Shown here: positions 16,044 to 23,302 of the stretch, piece by piece | Numbering within the stretch: the stretch's first letter is position 1 | Layout: each line of letters starts with the position of its first letter | Assembly (NCBI GenBank): GCA_964594835.1 | Contig: CAZQNA010000001.1 | Coordinates: 257,089-296,733, forward strand | DNA length: 39,645 nucleotides | Source of the DNA: an uncultured Nitrososphaerota archaeon | GTDB lineage: Archaea; Korarchaeota; Korarchaeia; Korarchaeales; Korarchaeaceae | Direction: 5' to 3' | The notes under the pieces: model-generated | Database searches by the model: none | The model's input: only the letters and a program-made list of their open reading frames with translations | What the model was told of the DNA's origin: nothing | Made by a program: the position numbers and the translations under genes

Positions 16044-17587
16044 GTTTTGTGGTTCTGGAGCAGCCGTACATGTTCTATGCCGTGCTGATCCCGATCCTGG
16101 GATCCCTGATCCTGCCCCTCTTTGAGGACTCTCTGGGCGGCAGGGGAATAGCCGCGCTAGCGACGGCCCTGCTGGCGATTCCGGCGCTGCTCACGGGGTA
16201 CCTCGTCGCCGCGGCGGGGGTCAACGAGCCCATAGCCGACCCGGCGTTCTTCCAGGCCGACTCCATAGGGTCCTTCAGCATGCTCCTCGACTCGCTCAGC
16301 GCGCCCCTGGCCATATCCATAGGCCTGGTCACCACCCTGATCTCCGCGTACTCCTGGAGATACATGCAGCACAGGTTCGAGGAGTTCGAGGCCGAGGGGG
16401 AGACTCCGCCGGGCTGGGGCATCTACTACATGCTCTTCGTCATGTTCGCCGCGGCGATGATGGGGACGGTCCTGTCGACCAACCTCGTGGAGTTCTACCT
16501 CTTCCTGGAGGTATCGCTCCTGCCGAGCTTCCTACTGATAGCCTTCTACGGCTACGGCAACAGGGAGAGGATAGCCATCCTCTACCTGATCTGGACCCAC
16601 GTCGGGGCCCTGGTGTTCCTGGTGGGGGCGCTGATAGTGGGCCTGAACGCCGGGACCTTCGACTACTACGACCCGATCAGGCTGGCCCCGATGTCGGGGC
16701 TCGGTCAGCTCGTGCCGACCTCCATGAGGATGCCCGTGGTCGTGGCCCTCTGCGTGGGGCTCTTCGTGAAGCTGGCGATATTTGGCGTCCACATATGGCT
16801 GCCGTACGCCCACGCCGAGGCTCCGACGCCCGTGTCGGCCCTCCTTTCGCCCAACCTCATAGGCATAGCCGCCTACGCGCTCGTGAGGATCGTGTACACG
16901 CTCTTCCCATTTGAGTTCGCGGCCCTGACCCCCTACACGCTCCCCCTCGCCCTGTTCACCATAATCTACGGCGGCCTGATGGCCCTGGCGCAGGACGACT
17001 TCAAGCGCCTGCTCGCGTACTCGAGCGTCTCTCAGATGGGGTACCTCCTGGCCGGGGTCTCGACGCTGACCGCCGCAGGCGTGGCGGGCGCGATGATCCA
17101 CTACACTGCCCACGCCGTGGGAAAGGCCCTCCTGTTCGCCACCGCGGGCGTGCTCATCTCCCAGCTCCACGGTCTCAGGAGCATAAGCAAGATGGGCGGA
17201 CTGGCCACGAAGATGCCCCTCACGGCGTCCCTGGCCCTGATAGGGTTCATGCACATCACAGGGATCCCGCCGTCCCTCGGCCTGTGGAGCGAGATCCTCA
17301 TAGTGATGGGGATCTCGGGCACGACGGTCGGCAGGTCCACCCTGTACTTCGTGGCCCTCCTGGCGGTGCTGCTCGTCGGCATCGGGCTCTCGACGGCCTA
17401 CGCATTCCTCACCATGAAGAGGATATTCTTTGGGGAGCCCTCGGAGGCGGCCAAGGAGGCCAGGGAGGCAGGGGCGGGCCTCCTCGGGCCCATGATCGTG
17501 ATAGCCGCGGTGGGCATAGTCCTCTTCGTCTGGCCCAGACCACTCATCGATCCGCTGATGGCGTCGCTGCGGGTCCTGCTAGGGTGA
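16040..17587 (+). CDS. nuoM: Complex I-like oxidoreductase subunit M
   Basis: FYLFLEVSLLP, VKLAIFGVHIWLPYAHAEAPTPVS, KRLLAYSSVSQMG, GLWSE. Confidence 0.92.
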   Translation: MSFVVLEQPYMFYAVLIPILGSLILPLFEDSLGGRGIAALATALLAIPALLTGYLVAAAGVNEPIADPAFFQADSIGSFSMLLDSLSAPLAISIGLVTTLISAYSWRYMQHRFEEFEAEGETPPGWGIYYMLFVMFAAAMMGTVLSTNLVEFYLFLEVSLLPSFLLIAFYGYGNRERIAILYLIWTHVGALVFLVGALIVGLNAGTFDYYDPIRLAPMSGLGQLVPTSMRMPVVVALCVGLFVKLAIFGVHIWLPYAHAEAPTPVSALLSPNLIGIAAYALVRIVYTLFPFEFAALTPYTLPLALFTIIYGGLMALAQDDFKRLLAYSSVSQMGYLLAGVSTLTAAGVAGAMIHYTAHAVGKALLFATAGVLISQLHGLRSISKMGGLATKMPLTASLALIGFMHITGIPPSLGLWSEILIVMGISGTTVGRSTLYFVALLAVLLVGIGLSTAYAFLTMKRIFFGEPSEAAKEAREAGAGLLGPMIVIAAVGIVLFVWPRPLIDPLMASLRVLLG

Positions 17588-17601
17588 GGTGAGTCCGCGG
17601 A

Positions 17602-19722
17602 ATGGAGTTCGCTCAGACGATGGCCGTCGTCGCTTGGGCCCTGCCGTACTTTGGCGCTCTGCTGTCTCTGGCCCTATCGAGGCTAGGCAGGCTGAGGGAC
17701 TACGTGGCGGCCTCGATGCTCGGCCTCTCAGCGATATCCACCACCCTCCTGGCGAAGGAGGTGTTCGCCGGTTCGGGGCTCGTCGCGTGGTCCGCCGACT
17801 GGGTCCCGGGGATGGGGGTGAGCCTCGGCGTCTACGTCGACACCCTGTCGGCGGCTGTGTCCCTCGTCGTCGCGTGGCTCTGCTTCCTCATAGGAGTCTA
17901 CAGCCTAGAGTACATGGCCCACGACCCCGGGCGGACCAGGTACTGGTTCTTCTTCGACTTCTTCGTCGGGAGCATGCTCCTGCTCGTGATGGCCGAGAAC
18001 CTGCTCATCATGTTCCTCGGGTGGGAGGGCACCGGCCTCGCGTCCTACGCCCTGATAGGCCACTGGTACACGGACGAGCAGGAGAGGTGGGTGGGCGACC
18101 CGGGCCGGACGGCCCTGGGGGTCCCGATGTGGTTCCCGCCCAGCCACAGCGGCCTCAGGGCGCTGACCTTCACCAGGCTAGGAGACGTGGGCTTCCTCCT
18201 CGGGATAGGCGTCCTCTACTCCCTCACCGGCACGTTCAGCATCCCCGAGATAGCGCACTCCGCGGGCTCCTGGGCCGCGTGGCTCGCCGCGAGGGGGCTC
18301 CTGCTGCCCTTCCTCATAGCCTTCTCCCTGGGGGCCATGGCCAAGAGCGCCCAGTTCCCGTTCCACGAGTGGCTCGTGACCGCCATGACCGGCCCCACCT
18401 CCGTGAGCGCCCTCATCCACGCGGCCACCATGGTCAAGGCGGGGGTGTACTTCTTGCTCAGGTTTGCGCCCATATTCAAGCTGGCGGAGCACGAGCTGAT
18501 TCACACTCTGCCCGCCGGGGCCGAGGCGATCCACGCCTACTTCACATTCATAACGCTGATCGGGGCCTTCACGGCCTTCTTCATGGCCACCCAGGCCCTC
18601 GTCGCCAGGGAGCTGAAGCTGATACTCGCGTTCTCCACGGCCTCCCAGCTGGGGTACATGTTCACGGCCCTCGGCAGCTCGGGTCTGATGGAGGAGCTCG
18701 CCGGGGGGATACTCGCAGGTTTCTCCCACTTCATGAGCCACGCGGTGTTCAAGGCCGCCCTGTTCCTTGGGGCGGGGGCCGTAATACACGCGGTCCACTC
18801 CAAGTACGTGGACGACATGGGCGGCCTGGCGGGGCACATGAGGTACACCCTCTCCGCCATGCTCGTGACGGCCCTCAGCCTGGCGGGCGTCCCCCCGCTG
18901 ATGGGGTTCTGGAGCAAGGACTCCGTGGTCGAGGCCGCCTACGAGTCTGGGGTCGGCCTCGCGTTCGCCCTGGCCGTGATCACCGCGGGACTCACCGCCT
19001 TCTACTCCACCAGGCTCGTTCTCAGGACCTTCTTCTTCGAGGAGTCCGACAACGTCAGGCACCTGGAGCGCGAGCACAGGCTCCACGAGGCGCACCCGCT
19101 GATGCTGGTCCCGTACCTGGCGTTGGCGCTGGTGACCCTCGCCCTGGGGCTGGCCTGGCCGGCCGTCGGACCAGAGGTGCTCGGCAAGGTGGCCAGCAAC
19201 GTCCTCGCCCTCGAGGAGGCCCCGCACGTCGAGGTCCACCTCAACCCGTTCCTCCTGGGGGTGAGCCTGCCCCTGGTCTTCGGTGGGATAGGGGTGGGGT
19301 GGTTCGCCTACCAGACCCCCTCCGGGAGGAGGCTCCTGGTCGCCATGGGGGAGTCTGGACCGCTCTCCGCCGTACGCGAGTTCCTCTACGACAGGTGGTA
19401 CATCAACAGCATCTACTACCGAGTGATCGTCGGAGGGTTCGCCTGGCTCTCCAGGAACGGATACAGGTACTTCGACAGCCTCGTGATCGACGGGTTCTAC
19501 CACAGGCTGATACCCGGCTCGACCTGGGAGGCGAGCTCGGTGGGGTGGAGGTTCGAGAAGGGCGTCGTCGACAGGGGTTACCACGAGGAGCTGGTCTCGG
19601 CGGTGCTGAGGATCGGGAGCACCCTCAGGAGATCGCAGACCGGGCTGATCAATCACTACCTCCTGATCTTCTTCGGCGGGCTGGCCGCGCTGTTCCTGGC
19701 CTTTCTGATATGGGTGGTGTGA
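17602..19722 (+). CDS. nuoL: Complex I-like oxidoreductase subunit L
   Basis: GWEGTGLASYALIGHWY, TRLGD, KSAQFPFHEWLVTAMTGPTSVSALIHAATMV, GFWSKD, long C-terminal lateral helix ending QTG. Confidence 0.94.
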   Translation: MEFAQTMAVVAWALPYFGALLSLALSRLGRLRDYVAASMLGLSAISTTLLAKEVFAGSGLVAWSADWVPGMGVSLGVYVDTLSAAVSLVVAWLCFLIGVYSLEYMAHDPGRTRYWFFFDFFVGSMLLLVMAENLLIMFLGWEGTGLASYALIGHWYTDEQERWVGDPGRTALGVPMWFPPSHSGLRALTFTRLGDVGFLLGIGVLYSLTGTFSIPEIAHSAGSWAAWLAARGLLLPFLIAFSLGAMAKSAQFPFHEWLVTAMTGPTSVSALIHAATMVKAGVYFLLRFAPIFKLAEHELIHTLPAGAEAIHAYFTFITLIGAFTAFFMATQALVARELKLILAFSTASQLGYMFTALGSSGLMEELAGGILAGFSHFMSHAVFKAALFLGAGAVIHAVHSKYVDDMGGLAGHMRYTLSAMLVTALSLAGVPPLMGFWSKDSVVEAAYESGVGLAFALAVITAGLTAFYSTRLVLRTFFFEESDNVRHLEREHRLHEAHPLMLVPYLALALVTLALGLAWPAVGPEVLGKVASNVLALEEAPHVEVHLNPFLLGVSLPLVFGGIGVGWFAYQTPSGRRLLVAMGESGPLSAVREFLYDRWYINSIYYRVIVGGFAWLSRNGYRYFDSLVIDGFYHRLIPGSTWEASSVGWRFEKGVVDRGYHEELVSAVLRIGSTLRRSQTGLINHYLLIFFGGLAALFLAFLIWVV

Positions 19723-19725
19723 GTC

Positions 19726-21177
19726 ATGCTGGACCCAGTGGAACTCTTCGAGTCTCTGATGGTCCTGCTGGTCATCCCCGGGCTCCTCATACCGCTGGCC
19801 GACAGAGGAGGGGGCAGTGAGGATCACGGGCGGTACGGCCTGCTCGGGTACCTCAGCGTCGCGGTGCTCGTAGCGGCCCTCGCCATGTCCGTCACCCTCG
19901 CCCTCGAGCTCTCCTCGATACCCAAGGGGGTCTTCGCGTTTGAGGACACCCTCCTCCTCCACAGATATCCAGCCTACCTGGCGGCCCTGGTATCCCTGGG
20001 AACCCTGCTGGTCGCCGTCTCCTCGCTGCCGGAGGTGAGGAACTGGCCGACGGCCCCGAGCTTCTACTCTCTCCTGCTGCTCACCCTAGCGGGCGTCGTG
20101 GCGATCCTCTTCGTGTCGGACATGGCCACCCTGCTCTCGGCGTGGACCCTGGTGGCCGTCGCCTCCTACGTCGTCGTTGGCCTGAGGAAGGACGCTAGCT
20201 CCCTGGAGGGCGCCGCCAAGTACGGCCTCATGGGCGCCGCCTCGTCGTCGCTCATGGTGTTCGGAGTGGCCATCCTCGTGGGCCTCACGGGCACGAGCTT
20301 CCTCCCGGACTCCATCAAGATCTCCGGGTTCCAGATGAACCTCATACTCCTGACCCTCATACTGCTCATCGCCTCCTTCGGTTTCAAGCTCGGCATCTTC
20401 CCCTTCCACGGGTGGCTCCCCGACGTCTACGGCGGCGTGCACCCGCTGCTCGTCTCATACATCGCGGGAGTAGTCAAGATGGCGGCCATAGCCGGGATAC
20501 TCCGGATGGTCGTCCCGCTGGTCAGCTCCACGGGTCCCCAGAACTGGCTCCACATATTCGGCCTCCTGGCGGTCCTGACCATGACCTACGGCAATCTTGT
20601 CGCCCTGGTCCAGAGGAACGTCCAGAGGATCATGGCCTACAGCAGCATAGCCCACGCCGGGTACCTCCTCGTCGGCTTCGCCGCCGTCTCGGACTCAGTG
20701 AGCAGGATAACGGGGCTCCAGGGCGTGGCCCTCCACCTGACTGCCTACGTGCTGGCCAAGGTGGGCATATTCGTCGGTCTCGCCTACATGCTGAGGAGGG
20801 GGCTCGGCACCACGCTGGAGGACATGAGCGGGGTCGGGAGGAGGATGCCGGTCCTCTCGCTCGGCATGACGGTGCTCATACTGAGCCTGATGGGGATGCC
20901 GCCGCTCCTGGGGTTCTGGAGCAAGTTCACCTACCTCTTCCTCTCGGTGGTCGACACCGCGCCGTGGCTGGCCCTGATAGCGGTGCTGAACAGCGGGATC
21001 TCGGTCGGATACTACGCCCAGATCATCCGCTACATGTTCTTCAAGGAGGGGGGCGAGGGACGCCCCGCCGAGAGGGCGACCGACCCCGAGGTGATCGCCG
21101 TCCTAGCGGCAGCCGCCCTCACGGTGGCGATGGGCCTCGGGCTGGCCCAGCCTCTGGCGAGCCTCTTCGGGCCCTGA
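19726..21177 (+). CDS. nuoN: Complex I-like oxidoreductase subunit N
   Basis: EGAAKY, FKLGIFPFHGWLPDVYGG, AYSSIAHAGY, GMPPLLGFWSKF. Confidence 0.93.
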   Translation: MLDPVELFESLMVLLVIPGLLIPLADRGGGSEDHGRYGLLGYLSVAVLVAALAMSVTLALELSSIPKGVFAFEDTLLLHRYPAYLAALVSLGTLLVAVSSLPEVRNWPTAPSFYSLLLLTLAGVVAILFVSDMATLLSAWTLVAVASYVVVGLRKDASSLEGAAKYGLMGAASSSLMVFGVAILVGLTGTSFLPDSIKISGFQMNLILLTLILLIASFGFKLGIFPFHGWLPDVYGGVHPLLVSYIAGVVKMAAIAGILRMVVPLVSSTGPQNWLHIFGLLAVLTMTYGNLVALVQRNVQRIMAYSSIAHAGYLLVGFAAVSDSVSRITGLQGVALHLTAYVLAKVGIFVGLAYMLRRGLGTTLEDMSGVGRRMPVLSLGMTVLILSLMGMPPLLGFWSKFTYLFLSVVDTAPWLALIAVLNSGISVGYYAQIIRYMFFKEGGEGRPAERATDPEVIAVLAAAALTVAMGLGLAQPLASLFGP

Positions 21178-21193
21178 CCCCCCATCTTTTTAG
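21178..21193 (+). terminator. Putative terminator of operon 2
   Basis: C-run followed by ATCTTTTT directly after the nuoN stop, facing a convergent gene. Confidence 0.5.
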
Positions 21194-21204
21194 TCGCCAC
21201 GGAG

Positions 21205-21819
21205 CTACTTCCCTCTCCCCCTCAGGTCGATCTCCCGGACCTCCATCCAGAACAGCCTCGGCTTCACCCACATCTCTGCCCTGTACCTCAGGAGGATCTC
21301 CTCCTCCCCGACCCTCCCCACCCAGAACTCTATCTGCTTCACAGGGTGGGGGGCGGACATGCTCGACGCAGGGAGGTACCTGTACCCCTCCCCCTTCAAC
21401 CTGAGTCCCCCGAACTTGAACTTCTTCCCCCCGAGCCTCTTGACCCTCCCCGCGGACCTGTCGAGTCGATCCCTCATGCGGTAGTACTCCCTGGTCGTGA
21501 CGTCGTGGTAGGCCACGAACGGCCCTAGGTAGTTCTCCAGCATGGCCGCGGCCCTCTTCGGCGAGGAGACCTCCTCACCCTCGACCACGGCCCTCGACAC
21601 CGTCCCGTCCGGGCGTATCCAGAACCTCCCCTCCCCCGCGTAGGAGGGCCTCAGCGCGACGACGAGGCACGGTTCCCCCTCCTCGTCACGCCTGGAGAGG
21701 ACCTCAAACTCCCAGAATCCGGACTCGAACTCCTCCCCAACCTCCATCCTCAGGCGGTCGACCTCTCGCGCTATCCTGAGGAGCTCCTCAGCGGCCTCGC
21801 GCATCGAGACTTCGCCCAC
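21205..21819 (-). CDS. Hypothetical soluble protein
   Basis: 204 aa ORF filling the gap, with the Glu/Arg-rich composition of neighbouring genes; no family recognised. Confidence 0.7.
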   Translation of the reverse strand: MGEVSMREAAEELLRIAREVDRLRMEVGEEFESGFWEFEVLSRRDEEGEPCLVVALRPSYAGEGRFWIRPDGTVSRAVVEGEEVSSPKRAAAMLENYLGPFVAYHDVTTREYYRMRDRLDRSAGRVKRLGGKKFKFGGLRLKGEGYRYLPASSMSAPHPVKQIEFWVGRVGEEEILLRYRAEMWVKPRLFWMEVREIDLRGRGK

Positions 21820-21978
21820 CGGTTGGGTATAACCCGATCGCCCCCCACTCCCTGGGGGCGGCCGCAGGCGTCACGCGGTGAAACTACGCGGCCCAGAGCT
21901 GGGCTCCCTTTGCATGGTACTTCGGCGATGGCGGCAAAGGAATAAATGGAACAGGCCCAAGCTCGATTAGGTGTGCGA

Positions 21979-22305
21979 ATGACGAAGGTCGAGGTAAGGA
22001 GGGTGGGAGTGGTCTCGGTATTCAAGATCTACCTCATCCTCGGGTTGATCTTGGGGATAATACTGGGGCTCCTCCTTGTACCCCTGCTCTCGATGGCGCC
22101 CACCTCTCCGGGCGCCGCGCAGCCGAGCCTGCCGACCGGCCTGCTCCCCCTGGGAGGCCTCGTCGGTGGGATACTGATCGGGGTCCTGTATGGGATCCTC
22201 CTGGGAATAGGGGGCGCGATAGGAGCCCTCCTGTACAACCTGGCTGCAAAGATCGTCGGGGGATTGGAGCTCGATCTGGTGGAGAAGGGAGGCATGGAGT
22301 ACTGA
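21979..22305 (+). CDS. DUF3566-like small membrane protein
   Basis: VEVRRVGVVSVFKI ... ALLYNLAAKIVGGLELDL pattern, two TM helices; SD-like AGGTG before ATG 21979. Confidence 0.75.
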   Translation: MTKVEVRRVGVVSVFKIYLILGLILGIILGLLLVPLLSMAPTSPGAAQPSLPTGLLPLGGLVGGILIGVLYGILLGIGGAIGALLYNLAAKIVGGLELDLVEKGGMEY

Positions 22306-22561
22306 GCCGGCGTTCACCTCTCCTGACCCAGGGGTAGAAGCGCGGCCGAGCCCCCAAGTGGGCTAAAGGAGGGAGGTAGGTAGCTCGGTGCGGCGTAGAG
22401 ACAGGGGGAAGTCCCCTGGCGCTCTACGTGAGATGAGCCTCAGCTGATCTGACGGATTCCTTGACGGAGGCTTTCACCCGCCAAATGAGACCGTGAGGAG
22501 GTTCGCGGGGCTGAGGCATGCCTGTGGGGAGACCCCAATCCGGCGGCCCGACCTCTCTGAC

Positions 22562-22596
22562 TTTATTTATATTCACACAGATTTCGTGAATTCACG
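22562..22596 (+). promoter_or_regulatory. TATA box and palindromic operator of toxin-antitoxin operon
   Basis: TTTATATT at 22566-22573; perfect palindrome CGTGAATTCACG at 22585-22596 touching the GTG start; extra ATTCAC half-site at 22571-22576. Confidence 0.65.
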
Positions 22597-22871
22597 TGCC
22601 CAACCTCACAGTCTCTCTGCCGGAGGATCTCAGGAGGCGCATGAGGACTCACCCCGAGATAAGGTGGAGCGAGGTCGTGAGGCGCGCGATAGAAGAGTAT
22701 CTCGACCGACTTGAAAGCGTCGAGGAGGAACCCATCGCCGCCCTGGCTGAGAGGATGAGGGAGCTGGAGGACTACGACCCCAAGACCGACAGGCCTGCCG
22801 CTGGCGAGCGGGACGTCGCCGACGAGCTGGAGAGGGCCAGGGTGAAGAGCCTTGAAGAACTCGAGCGGTGA
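22596..22871 (+). CDS. Ribbon-helix-helix (CopG-like) antitoxin
   Basis: MPNLTVSLPEDLRRRMRTHPEIRWSEVVRRAIEEYL is an RHH pattern; acidic C-terminus; overlaps a PIN gene. Confidence 0.85.
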   Translation: MPNLTVSLPEDLRRRMRTHPEIRWSEVVRRAIEEYLDRLESVEEEPIAALAERMRELEDYDPKTDRPAAGERDVADELERARVKSLEELER

Positions 22872-23207
22872 GCTATACGACACCTCTGCTCTGATCTCAG
22901 CTCGCAGGAGGGGGAGTGAGGGACTTGAGGGGTACACAACAATACTAAACGTGGTGGAGTACCCCCAAGCCTCGCGCTGGAGGGACTAAGGGTGATCTAC
23001 CCCACCAGGGAGGATTACGAGCTGGCCACCAGGCTGCAGATCAGGCTCAGGAGGATTGGGAGGGCCGTCGGAGCCGTCGACCTCCCGGTAGCAAGCATCG
23101 CCGTCAGAAGGGGCATGGAGGTGGTAACGAGTGACAGGGACTTTGAGTCAATAGTGGGGGTGGAGCCCAGGCTCAGGCTGAAGCTGATCGAAGAGGAGAG
23201 ACACTGA
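22852..23207 (+). pseudogene. vapC: Frameshifted PIN-domain (VapC) toxin
   Basis: TTG 22852 frame gives LYDTSALI...TTILNVVEYP and stops at 22987-22989; the -1 frame continues LEGLRVIYP...GAVDL..A...VVTSDRDF. One added base near 22962-22972 joins them. Confidence 0.8.
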
Positions 23208-23302
23208 ATTACCAAGCAAGCTGGCCGAGAGGCCTCCCCAAAACTACCCCTGTCCATCGCCTACAAATGCGATAGAGAGATTTGGGATGGGAGGAGGGTT
23301 GC

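Noticed and set aside
17589-19962. Very long alternative-frame and antisense ORFs (e.g. 17589..19820 +, 18178..19962 -, 8077..9465 +, 6842..8107 -)
   Set aside because: Shadow ORFs of high-GC coding DNA; they are Arg/Gly/Pro-rich or antisense in-register and overlap well-supported genes.
11150-21177. Calling operon 2 Mbs/Mbx or Fpo/Fqo
   Set aside because: The D subunit lacks the two Cys retained in MbsL, there are no Mrp E/F/G/B genes, and no FpoF/FqoF or FpoO is present in the window.
22306-22560. RNase P, SRP RNA or a canonical C/D box sRNA
   Set aside because: GGGGAAGTCC only loosely resembles the RNase P P4 strand, no SRP helix 8 motif was seen, and there is no proper RTGATGA C box at the right spacing.
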